Shown here: in pieces, positions 40,257-52,744 of the stretch
Layout: each line of letters opens with the position of its first letter
How positions within the stretch are numbered: position 1 is the first letter of the stretch
Assembly (NCBI RefSeq): GCF_006345805.1
Contig: NC_042998.1
Coordinates: 166,966,001-167,030,000, forward strand
Direction: 5' to 3'
Origin: Octopus sinensis
Taxonomy: Eukaryota
Length of the DNA stretch: 64,000 nt
Notes under the pieces: generated by a model
The model's input: the letters and a program-made list of their open reading frames with translations, nothing else
Told to the model about the DNA's origin: nothing
Databases searched by the model: none
Translations under genes and position numbers: made by a program

Positions 40257-42452
40257 ATATGCTATAATAGATTTAGCTGACTGCTGCACTAAAATGTTGC
40301 GGTTAGAAATATGTGTTAAGACGAGGATTAGTTAATAAAAATATTACTAAATACAATTGTGATCTAATTATATCCCTCCATTCCGGTTTTGAAAATACCG
40401 TTGAATAAACCGCGCAAAGTATTTTCCAACCACTTTGACATCATCGTAGCTGGTTTTCCATTGTCGAGCAAATAAAGAAACACAATCTTCCAAAAGCAGA
40501 TCCGCAGTGATTGCTTGACCTACTAAAAAGGCCCATTATCGTTGGATAACGAAACCCTGGAAAGACTATACCCTCAAAAAAAAAAAGAAAGAAAGAATGA
40601 AAGGAAGAAGGAAAAAAGGAAAAGGAGGGAAGAAAAAGACACAGGATGATCATGGCTAGAATAATTTGTTCATAGTTCTGTTGACCTGGATCTAAGCAAC
40701 AATAATCTGGCTATGTCTATTTTGTACAAACGATCTATGTTCTACCGAAGGCGCTAACTGCTTACCGCCGAACCCACTTCCCTAACCCACTCGTTACATT
40801 AATCTTTTCCGAACCGTTACTTCTACTGTGTATACATCTCAGCATTTGCACAATTCCTCTCAGCCGTGATTTCATCTTTAGGGACACCTTCATACAATCA
40901 AGTTTTCTTTTCAAAGGCGTTTTGGATGCTTTAAACGTACGTAATTATATCCTTCTATTTAGGAAAGACTGAAACGGCTATAGACTTTGCCACTCCTCCT
41001 CATCCTCCTCCCTCTCCACATACACCACAAACGTTGTACATACGTTGTTGTGCATGACACACCTTTCGCGATTTGCTAAACGTCTAATCAGTCCTTTATC
41101 CCAGCTCTTATAAATTAAGAAACATAACGCCATAAAAAGTGTAAAGTCACATAAAGAAATATAACGCCATTTTAAAATAATTCGGATGACATCTTCCACA
41201 ATGATAACTTTCCTACAAAATACCCGCACCTAAAATACATATCAATGAAACCTTTATATAACTATAATGACAAGAAAACTGAAAGTCGTGCTTCAGCAGA
41301 CTTGTAGTTGAATCACTCGAATCAGCCGCACTCACACACACACACACACAATAGTTAATAAAAACACTATACAGCCTTGGGTTAAATAGAAATATCGGTA
41401 AATTTACGAACGTGTGTATTACTTTATTTATTTACCTTTCCAGTAAACACGTTATTTAGCCTCACTGCATCACAGTAGTCACTGTGGTTAAATCATAGGG
41501 CTATCGTTTTCTGTGGATACAAGAAGAGATCTCTCTGGCTAGTTTCACTTTTATTAACGTTTTAACTGGAGAAGAAACCACGTATCTACTTTCTTCAAAA
41601 TATGACTAGCATTTCCCCACTGAACACAGTTGTGTAATAATTTCTATAAATTTATTAATTGAAGTTCTTTCCACTTGCTAGAATTCTATAAATAGCTTTA
41701 AGCTTAACATATAAATAGTTATAAGAGTTAGTATAATACCTGTCAGAAAGAGTAACTGACTGCTGAAGAGACTTTATTTAATACGAGCCGAAACTAATGA
41801 TTGATTTGATTCTCAAGTGAGAAACAAGTGGTTTGGAGACCACGGTGTCTACATTTTCAAAGCGAAATTAAATGTCTTTAGTAAAAGCACATGCTTTTAT
41901 ATTTACCTTATAATCTAGTTTACGCATCTCACACTGTGAAATGGTTTCTTGATTTGGGAGAGGTGATCATATCGAATAAATGTGGTAGTATCGTAATTGC
42001 GTTTCCTGTACCATTGCACTGCAATGCCCAGATCCAAAATATAGCAATATTTTGCTTTGAAAGGAGATAGAGAGACAGACAGACAGACAGACAAACAGAG
42101 AGAGGTAGAGAGAGAAGAGAGATTGATCAGCAGAAACGAATGCGGTGGCGATAAGAGGGATATAGGAAACACTGTTATGTTAAGCGGCTTAATGCTTAAT
42201 TTCAAGAGATGACAGAGAGAGAGAGAGAGAGAAAGAGAGACAGACAGACAGAGTTCTTACTGAAAGGAACGTGTAGCGATAAGAGCCAAGAATAGGGAAC
42301 ACCACAAACATATAACCATACGTACACACATATTTCGTACGAGAAAAGCAGTAGCAATGAAACTGGGGGTATCATAGGTAGGGAGATTTGTTAATATTGA
42401 TGGAAATGACGTAAAGTGTTTTGTTTTATCATTAAGTTGTTTTGAAGTCATT

Positions 42453-42672
42453 GAAGGCGCCGAGCTGGCAGAGTCGTTAGCACGCCGGGCGAAATGATTA
42501 GCAGCATTTCGTCAGCCGCTACGTTTTGAGTTCAAATTCCGCCGAGGCCAACTTTGCCTTTCATCCTTTCGGGGTCGATAAAACAAGTACTAGTGAAACA
42601 CTGGGGTCGATGTAATCGACTATTCCCCTCCCCTAAATTTCAGGCCTTGTATCTTTTGTAGAAAGGATTATT
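42453..42672 (+). mobile_element. Meta-SINE (older subfamily)
   Basis: Head, Meta domain and tail. Confidence 0.85.
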
Positions 42673-42889
42673 AAATTGTTTTCAAAAATAACCAATCACT
42701 CAGGAAATCCCTTTTAGTGAAATTAATTGCCGTCAGCTAAATCGAACCTTTTACATCTAGACACCTTTCTATGAATATAACGCTCTATTTGTGAATCGAA
42801 ATCGAATATTATTCATAAGATAATTGACTAGTAAGCCACAGAAGGAAATCGGAGATACAATGTAGTAGGAATGCAACATGTATATGTGT

Positions 42890-43077
42890 TTCGAATTTTG
42901 GTACAAAGTCCAGTAATTTCGGGGAAAACGTAAGTTGATTACATCGACCACAGTGCTCAACTGGCATTTATTATGAAAGACAAAGTCAACTCCGGCGGTA
43001 TTTGAATTCAGAACGTAAAGTTGAAAAAAACGTCGCTAAGTAATTTGTCTGACGCGGTAATAATTCTGCCAGCTCAC
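42890..43077 (-). mobile_element. Meta-SINE, inverted relative to the 42453 copy
   Basis: Reverse-complement head and body. Confidence 0.75.
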
Positions 43078-43342
43078 AATAAGTGAGAAACATGTGGTTT
43101 GAGACCACGGCGTCTATATTTTCAAAGCGAAATTAAATATGTCTTCAGTAAAAGCACATGCTCTTATATTTACCTTATAATCTAGTTTACGCATTTCACA
43201 CTGTGAAATGGTTTCCAGTAGTCATTATACGTACATTTCTGATAGGGTTACTCAATTAGTCTATTGGTCAATTGAGAGAAACCGCCATAGAAACCGGGAA
43301 ACTGGCCCATGAGCCTGGCTAGGTTTGAAAAGGGCGACGAAT

Positions 43343-43376
<34 letters not shown>

Positions 43377-43498
43377 ATATATATATATATATAATATATA
43401 TATATATAATATATATATATATAATATATATATATATAATATATATATATAATATATATATATATAATATATATATATTATATATATATATATTTATA

Positions 43499-43550
<52 letters not shown>

Positions 43551-43961
43551 TCTAAGTCTCTCTAAAGGAGACTACGGCAGCGGTACTAGATATTAACAGT
43601 TATCGCCAAGCTAATATGGCAGTCCATAAATATGGGACTAAAGCTGCCGTTGATTAACTCCAAGAGGCCATTTCCTCTGGCTAGCTATATGACACACGAA
43701 ACTGTGTCCATTATAACCTTTGAACAGGGGAGACCAGCCGCTTCCCCTTGCTGGTCAGGCATCTGCAAACATGTTTCAGGGTATTCGCCCTTTATCAATG
43801 CAGAGTAGCCAAATCCAGCAGGCGTCAATGTTGACCGTCTGCTCGAAGGATTATTTACCTAATTTCAGTGGAATACATCCACCGGTTTTCAAAAATAGAA
43901 ATATTATTATTTCTAAGTCTCTCTAAAGGAGACTACGACAGCGGTACTGGATATTAACAGT
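43551..43961 (-). repeat. 361-bp unit plus 50-bp partial repeat with (TAA)n tail
   Basis: TCTAAGTCTCTCTAAAGGAGACTACG..GATATTAACAGT at 43551 and 43912. Confidence 0.8.
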
Positions 43962-44071
43962 AATATATATATATATAATTTAGATTCAAATGAATATGGT
44001 ACTTAAGTTGAGGCACCAGAATTTAGTATGGTATTATCAATACAATTTCAAAATAAGGCGATTAAAATGAA

Positions 44072-44394
44072 AATAAGCTACAAGGATATCCAGAAGTAAT
44101 GGAGTACGATCGTTTCATGCGACTCGATTTAATTAAACAATGCAATCATTTCATTGCAACAACATTGATGTTGTTGGTAAAACATGTTCTTTGTCTATCT
44201 CCTTATCCTCTTGAAGATTTTGGATAAAATTATACTAATGTGTCCTTCTAATTTAATTAAATTCTATGTCTTTGTGCAGCTGAAGATTGCTCTACATTTT
44301 AAATTGACGTAATGAAATGATTGCATTGTTCAATTAAATGGAGTCGCAAGAAACGATCGTACTGCATTACCTCTGAATATTCTTGTTGCTTATT
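44072..44394. repeat. Foldback, about 86-bp arms
   Basis: 44072-44157 is inverted versus 44309-44394; abuts (TA)n. Confidence 0.8.
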
Positions 44395-44555
44395 CTGATT
44401 ATATATATATATATATATGACGGTCTTCTTTAATTTTCCGTCTACGAAATCCACTCACTAAGCTTTGGTTTACTTGTCCTGTTTTCCGCTTTTTTATCGT
44501 TGTTTACGTATTTAACTCGTGTGTATGTGTATGTATGTATGAATGTATGTATGTA

Positions 44556-44627
<72 letters not shown>

Positions 44628-44645
44628 ATACACACACACATACAT

Positions 44646-44694
<49 letters not shown>

Positions 44695-44698
44695 ATGT

Positions 44699-46561
44699 TG
44701 CTTAGTTTTTCTTGGAGGGCTGGCCGTGATCTAGTAATCTCAAGATTAATCAGCCGAAATTACTACGATGATCCGGTTCTTGACTGAAGACTGAGGGGTT
44801 CGAATGTCCTGTCCATGTTTATTGTATCGTCTTCTAAGAGTTATACGTTCTTGTCCATGTTGTATTTTTCTACATACCTTAACATATATTCCAGGCGCCC
44901 CGTACCCCCCTTATCATTAATGTGTACACATATTCTTAATAATTGGTACGACTCTCTGTTTGTCTCTCTCTCTCTCTCTCATTTTTACTTGATCTGTCCC
45001 CCTCTCTCTCTCTTTTCTCTCTATTCATCTTCTCTTTCCTCTGATCTTTTGGTCTAGTCTTCCACTACCCTCCTATTTCTTTGTCTCGCTCTGCACTCAC
45101 AGGTCATTCTTCGACACCCATCCTTCTCCTCTCTGATTCCTTCTTTCTCTCTCTTCTCTCTCTTTGTTGCGTTTTGTCCCCCTTCTCTCTCTCTCTTCCT
45201 TTGCTTCTCTTTCTTTTCTTTTCCCTCTTCTCTGTCACGTGACTGTTGGCCGAAATCTGCCTTTCAGCTCCTGACCCTCGTCGTGTTAACATCGTTGTTT
45301 TTCGTCCGCCGCTATAAAGGCTTTTTCCAATGCGCCAGAGAAAAAATTTGTTGCTTGTTATCAGTCGTAAGACACTTGTTGTTTTCACCGTTAATGCTTC
45401 TGTATTTCATGTTTCTGTATTCCATTATTGTTTTTTGTTTTTTTTTTTATATCTGTCCCTTTTGCTGTCCTGGTGTTCGTATGCATTCGATCCTTCTTCC
45501 AGGAAATCTACGCTTCCAGCTTAGTTTTTCTAATGCTCGTTGCTTAGTTTTTCTTGGAGGGCTGGCCGTGATCTAGTAATCTCAAGATTAATCAGCCGAA
45601 ATTACTACGATGATCCGGTTCTTGACTGAAGACTGAGGGGTTCGAATGTCCTGTCCATGTTTATTGTATCGTCTTCTAAGAGTTATACGTTCTTGTCCAT
45701 GTTGTATTTTTCTACATACCTTAACATATATTCCAGGCGCCCCGTACCCCCCTTATCATTAATGTGTACACATATTCTTAATAATTGGTACGACTCTCTG
45801 TTTGTCTCTCTCTCTCTCTCATTTTTACTTGATCTGTCCCCCTCTCTCTCTCTTTTCTCTCTATTCATCTTCTCTTTCCTCTGATCTTTTGGTCTAGTCT
45901 TCCACTACCCTCCTATTTCTTTGTCTCGCTCTGCACTCACAGGTCATTCTTCGACACCCATCCCTTCTCCTCTCTGATTCCTTCTTTCTCTCTCTCTTCT
46001 CTCTCTTTGTTGCGTTTTGTCCCCCTTCTCTCTCTCTTCCTTTGCTTCTCTTTCTTTTCTTTTCCCTCTTCTCTGTCACGTGACTGTTGGCCGAAATCTG
46101 CCTTTCAGCTCCTGACCCTCGTCGTGTTAACATCGTTGTTTTTCGTCCGCCGCTATAAAGGCTTTTTCCAATGCGCCAGAGAAAAAATTTGTTTGCTTGT
46201 TATCAGTCGTAAGACACTTGTTGTTTTCACCGTTAATGCTTCTGTATTTCATGTTTCTGTATTCCATTATTGTTTTTTGTTTTTTTTTTATATCTGTCCC
46301 TTTTGCTGTCCTGGTGTTCGTATGCATTCGATCCTTCTTCCAGGAAATCTACGCTTCCAGCTTAGTTTTTCTAATGCTCGTTGCTTAGATTTTCTTGGAG
46401 GGCTGGCCGTGATCTAGTAATCTCAAGATTAATCAGCCGAAATTACTACGATGATCCGGTTCTTGACTGAAGACTGAGGGGTTCGAATGTCCTGTCCATG
46501 TTTATTGTATCGTCTTCTAAGAGTTATACGTTCTTGTCCATGTTGTATTTTTCTACATACC

Positions 46562-46566
<5 letters not shown>
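44699..46566. repeat. Tandem array of an approximately 842-bp unit (2.2 copies) between (TA)n tracts
   Basis: Unit starts at 44699, 45541 and 46382; copies nearly identical. Confidence 0.95.
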
Positions 46567-46645
<79 letters not shown>

Positions 46646-47064
46646 ACCACAAAGACATCTATCTCTACACATCACTCGACTTTCTTATTACCTCTTTATC
46701 AAAAAATAAAATTAAAAAAACGTCAGAAATCAACACATGAAACACGATCTACATTTCCACCTTGTTCTTAAAATGAGAGCGGGTTGTCAAGAGGTATTAT
46801 GAGAAAGTGAATGGGTCATTAAGTCAGTCACGGTCTTCTTCGTTTATTCAGTTAGTATTGGTAATTTACGTGCTAGTGGCGGTGTTAGTGGTTGTGGTGG
46901 TTGCAGTGATGGTGTTGGTGGGGAGGGGGGTTGTGCCAGTGCTGGTGGTGGGGAAGACCAGAACAATGCCACAATAAACAATAGGTTCTCTCACAATATC
47001 GACTGTGTAGTTATTCGAAAATTGTGTGTGTGTATATGCGTGTGTATATGGGTGCACATATGCG

Positions 47065-47275
47065 TATATGTGGTAAGTAGCTTGTTTACCAATCATATGG
47101 TTCTGGGTTCTGTCCTACTGCGTAGCACCTTGGGCAAGTGTCTCCTACTATAGCCTCAGGCCGACGAAAGGCTTGTGAGTGAATTTGGTAGACGGAAATT
47201 GAAAGAAGCCTGTCCTATATATGTATATATATATGTGTATGTGTGTGTGCATATTTGTGTGTCTGTGTTTGTCGT
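47065..47275 (+). mobile_element. CORE-like SINE 5' half
   Basis: Homologous to the 49416 head. Confidence 0.75.
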
Positions 47276-48439
47276 TGGGTAAATTGTCATTTATTTGATA
47301 TATATATATATATTTATTTATTTATTTATTTATCTATCATAACAAACCTATCGGAAAATCGTTCTTATACATTATGATGTCATTTTTATTCTGTATCAGA
47401 TAAAACAAGTTCTGTGTTCAGTATTTGTTTATAATTATGTTGATGCCTATTTTTATCATTTTCACCGAGAAATAAGTCCTGAAGTTTATAGTCTACATTT
47501 TATAAAATATTTATCGTTGAGTTTCTCTTGGGTTTACAAAAATAGTTTTATTTTAGCATTTTTTAAAGGACATTAGCCAAGTCATAGTTCGCGCGACGAA
47601 AATTTTGACACTAAATTACAAATAATGAATGTTTAAGTCAAGTTAACAGTCTTTGTGAGTTTTTGACAGGGTAATATGTGCCATTCACGTTGCAATCTTT
47701 AAAAAAGTATTTTTTCGACAATCCTATTGCAGTAATTCCAATTTCCCCCACTCTACTCTGTCTTACCCTTTCTCTCCCTCTCTCTCCCCTTTCTCTCCTC
47801 CTCTTTCTCGTTGTTGTCTGCAGTTTCAATAAAAGTGTATTTGTGTCGGATTTGCAAATGAAAATACTTTATTTTACTAGTCCAGAACGCGTATATAGAA
47901 TTTATTCTAAATTTGTAACACAATTCTTTATTACCCTCATTAATTTTTTTCTAAAGGGATAAAATAGTGCTTCTATGAGATTCTCTAGCAGATACATGTT
48001 CATCGAATCGAGGGAAAGAGAAAGGAAGTGTAGAAAAATCAAAATAAAATAATACTTTCATAAGTACTGCGTCAACTGGACAGAGGGTATTTTCACAGGA
48101 AGAGGGAGTACTGCAACCCCGATATTTTCACAATCTGTCCACTTAAAATGTTATCCCACAAGAGCAGCTGATCCACGAAATTACACATAGCGGACATGAC
48201 TGTGGCGAGTATTCACTAAAATAACAGGCTTATAAATGAAAAGTTTATTTGATTTGTAGAGCGTTAATAAAATAATTTTACGTATATCATCATGGATGCA
48301 TCTCAATGTATCACTTGTGATATTTCCAGGGGTCACTAGGCTATTTCACTGTCAGACACCCTCATCCAGATGACCTGAGATTGGTGAAGCCACAGCTTGT
48401 ATCCATTTAGCATTATCTTTGGTAGTACTGTTTCTTCTG

Positions 48440-48720
48440 GGGCTCGTACCTTCTGATCCACAGTCTCTTTGAAGCAACCCTTGCTGTTTCCACAGCCAAA
48501 GTTGATGGCCTTCCGCCTACTGGCCCCATGTCATGCCAAGCATGCTGCAGTTCTATAGCGCGACTGGCCTACAAACCCTCGACATCACGTTGCTTGCCAT
48601 CCCATTTAACAAATTTCTCTCGTGCATGTTTTTTTTGTCGTTAGTAACTAACTTATCTGAACCCATAACATGGTGCTTCAATTTTACCAGCTCCATGGCA
48701 CTTCCACATAGTTCTCCACA
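48440..48720 (-). mobile_element. HERO/R2-group RLE LINE 3' remnant
   Basis: CRGFVGQS..RRKAI and (frameshifted) AVETARVASKRLWIRR resemble the HERO C-terminus. Confidence 0.5.
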
Positions 48721-49415
48721 TCTAAATGTATATATAAATACAAGGTTAGCCATACAAAAGAAGGAAAGAGGGGAGAGGGGGAGAAATAAAAAGAACAACT
48801 ATTTCTATTTAGTCAAAAGCCTCGCACGAGATCACACGCTCATTAGATCGGAGATTATCCAGGTTTCTATGGCGTTTATTCGTCTGAGTTTGCAATACTC
48901 CTGCTTTTACTGTTATACATTTTCAATAGAATAGACTAGAGGAATGTAAAATGAAATGGTTCCTTGCATCGGAACTGAAACCAAGATCTTATGAATGTGA
49001 GTTCAGTACCCTAACGTCTTGGCCACGTGCCTTCCACAAGACTGCTCCAATTATAGTTTTTACTCCTCAAGGTTGCTTAAATTATACTTGTCTCTCCTCA
49101 GAGCAACTTAAATCATACTTTTCACTATAACATAGAGGAAATGTCTAAAATCATCGTAACATACATAGATATGTTTCATTAAACATTAGAGTAACGAAAC
49201 GAAACACACCAGTAATTTAATTTTCTATATAAGGTGTTTCAACAATTCGTTTCATAATAGGTGGCTTTTATTATATGATTCTGATTAAGATAGCTTAAAT
49301 TATATATCATTATCTTTATCTGACATATCGTCGAAAAGTCTGAGGTTGCAGTGTTGTTTTTAGAAAAGACTCCTTCATACATGCAATGTGTGAAAAAAAA
49401 AAAAAAACAATATAC

Positions 49416-49811
49416 GCAGGAGTGGCTGTGTGGTAAGTAGCTTGCTAACCAACCACATGGTTCCGGGTTCAGTCCCACTGCATGGCATCTTGGGCAAGTG
49501 TCTTCTGCTATAGCCCCGGGCCGACCAATTCCTTGTGAGTGGATTTGGTAGACGGAAACTGAAAGAAGCCTGTCGTATATAGATATATATGTATGTATGT
49601 GTGTTTGTGTGTCTGTGTTTGTCCCCCTAGCATTGCTTGACAACCGATGCTGGTGTGTTTACGTCCCCGTCACTTAGCGGTTCGGCAAAAGAGACCGATA
49701 GAATAAGTACTGGCTTACAAAGAATAAGTCCCGGGGTCGATTTGCTCGACTAAAGGTGGTGCTCCAGCATGGCCGCAGTCAAATGACTGAAACAAGTAAA
49801 AGAGTAAAGAG
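49416..49811 (+). mobile_element. Full-length CORE-like tRNA SINE (reference copy)
   Basis: GCAGGAGTGGCTGTGTGGTAAG head, B box GGTTCAGTCCC, CCTTGGGCAAGT-like core, internal TA/TG tract, (GTAAAAGA)n tail. Confidence 0.9.
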
Positions 49812-51399
49812 TATACTGCAAATCTAGATGAAATGAAATTAAACGAAATAACGACTACGGGAGTGAAATCTGCACATTTCACCATTTTTGCCGCTTGCCA
49901 GTGCCACGCATTCTGCTCCCCTCCGTCGAAAAGTTGCTTCGATCAGTCTGAAGTATGTAGAAGAAGTGAATAAACAATCTACATTCCTAAATAAAATCCA
50001 AACATGTAACAGGAGCTACTCTAGATTAAAATATTTATCTATAAGACATACTTAACTTATGTATATTGTTGAAAATTTGAAACTGCAGTATTACTCACGA
50101 AAGAAATCCCTTTATCGACGAAGTGTATTAAAAATACAAAGTATTTGATAAGCGTCAAATATACTGACGCATGTCACTCGCGCAGGCACTTCCGAAACGA
50201 TTTCGTTTCGTCTAGTCCTGAAGTATATTTGTTTTTAACACACTTCGTGAATAAAATGTTAAGGTGTTTTTTTTTTTCCGAGACGATCACTTGCAGGCTC
50301 AGACTTTTCACCGATATACATAGGCTGAGTATGTCATATAGATACTGATTTTAATCGGAATCTGTTTCAATTACATAACTTGAATATTTTATTATATTTA
50401 AACAGCCCATGTTTTGTATATTTTTCGTTGTTTTCACAGCTACGTCTATCTTTAGATATAGTGCTTATGTGACTATGATGGTGCACATACCTCACCAGTG
50501 ACTGGCATTAGTTAAAATATGTAGTTTTCTAGTTGTGCTTTAAATAGAAACAACCAAAGGAAGAATTCTAAAGAGAAATAAGAACCATATACATCATATA
50601 TAATGTATTTGTGAGTTATTAGTTTTCAAGTCTTGCTTTAAATGTAGGCAAATCGAGAAAGAGTTAATACTGTGTAGTTTAGTGAAGGGAAAGTGGATGA
50701 CACTTGAGATAACGCTGTCACTAATTTTCTGATTTAAAATCATTATCTGTCCAAGCTCAACTTCTTTTCAATAGCTCTCTCCCACTACCACCAACAGCTA
50801 TTCTTCTCCAACACTTTTTTTTTATCACTGCATTCTAAAGATGAATGTTGTTGTTTTTTTTTATTTTTCATTTATTTATTTATTGCTGAATATTTTTTAA
50901 AAGCCAATCCTAGTTTTGTATACTTATACTTAAATATGAATGTTTGTGTGTGTTTCACTGAAATGTTTTATAGGTCTAGCATACCAAACACCACGACAAA
51001 ATGTAAGCAAATACACTACCTATCTTGTGTACAACGCTATGTATACGTATATACAACCATATAGTCACATACATATATATATGCGCACGCACATCTCTCT
51101 CTATATATTCATATGTTTGTATATGTGTAGGTGTATATATGTATGCAAGGCTATAGGTGTGAGATGCTGTTGCATGGAGGTAGCGTATCCAAAGGTTGGT
51201 GTGAATGTATATGTATATACATATGTATATATACACGTACATATGTATTTGTATATACATATGCATGTGTGTGTAAGTATATGTAAGCATATATCATATG
51301 AACAATGTGGAGAACAGAAAACGTTAAATGAACGTTGCAGCAAGAATCGCACCGCGAGTTCCGCTCACAATTGTTAAGTGAAGATCATTGTTACCCACT

Positions 51400-51600
51400 G
51401 TATCGTAAATGAAGTCATAATGAAGGAGGCTTTGCTGGTAATGTGCGAGTTGGGAACATGGATATCAAGATGGATAATCGATACATAGCTTCCTACAATG
51501 CTTGGTTACTTAAAAATACGAAGCACACATCAATAACGAATGGGGACCATCTATCGAGGCCGTCATAGATCTTTATAAATACATATTCAAACATGCAGAC
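51400..51600 (+). mobile_element. Helitron Rep domain remnant
   Basis: DNRYIASYNAWLL..EAHIN..LYKYIFK corresponds to the Helitron DNRWVVPYN..AHINVE..YLYKYIYK motif. Confidence 0.7.
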
Positions 51601-51879
51601 CATTGTATCATCTCACCAGGAAGAAAACAAGAAGGGATTCATCTTAATATCAATGAAGCAAATCAGCAACTTGAGTTCATAAACTATCATGTCTAGAATA
51701 GGTACGGGGCGGAAATTGGGAAGCGGTGGGGTTTAGATCCATCGACCTCGTTGCTCAACTGATTTTTACTTTTTCAACCCCGAAAAAAAAAATAAAAGGC
51801 AAAGTCGACCTCGGCAGAATTTTAGATCAGGACGTAAAAGGGGAGAAAATGTGGCTAAGCATTAACTTAGCAGAAATAT

Positions 51880-52150
51880 GGTGGCGAGCTGGCAGAAACA
51901 TTAGGACGCCGGATGAAATGCTTAACAGTATTTCGTCTGCCGTTACGTTCCGGGTTCAAATTCCGCCGAGGTCGGCTTTGCCTTTCATTCTTTCGGGGTA
52001 GATTAAATAAGTACCAGTTACGCACTGGGGTCGATATAATCGACTTAATCCGTTTGTCTGTCCTTGTTTGTCCTCTCTGTGTTTAACCCCTTGTGGGTAG
52101 TAAAGAAATAGGTATTTCCTCTGCGTTACATTCTGAGTTCAAATTCCGCC
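51880..52150 (+). mobile_element. Meta-SINE plus start of a second body
   Basis: Junction AAAGAAATA|GGTATTTC at 52111. Confidence 0.85.
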
Positions 52151-52166
52151 GTATATGTATACATAA

Positions 52167-52277
<111 letters not shown>

Positions 52278-52305
52278 ATATATATATAATATATATATAT
52301 ATATA

Positions 52306-52642
52306 CTGTTGTGTCTGGGGAGAGTCATTCTCTTTTGGTGCCTTATAATTTAACAAACTCACCGGTAAAATTTCCACTGATTTCTCTTTTATTTTTCTAA
52401 AATTTTCGTTACGTCTTGCAACCTTTTTAATAGTATGCAAGGTATGTAGTGTATTTGCTTACATTTTGTCCTGGTGTTTGGTATACAAAACTAGGATTGG
52501 CTTTTAATAGTCAAAACTATTGAAAAGGTTGCAAGACGCAACGAAAATTTTAGAAAAATAAAAAAGAAATGTGGAAATTTTACCGGTGAGTCTGTTAAAT
52601 TATAAGGCACCAAAAGAGAATGACTCTCTCCAGACACAACAG
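52306..52642. repeat. Foldback, about 128-bp arms with 81-bp spacer
   Basis: 52306-52434 is inverted versus 52516-52642; abuts (TA)n. Confidence 0.9.
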
Positions 52643-52744
52643 AATATGCTTCAACACACGAACTCACATAAAGAATCTTGCAAGCCAAATCCAGAAACGA
52701 AATATATATATATATACATACATACATATATATATGAATATATA

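Larger units (their letters stand above)
41815..43215. repeat. 134-bp direct repeats (41815-41948 and 43081-43215) around a 1.13-kb insert
   Basis: Two copies, above 90% identical by eye. Confidence 0.9.
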
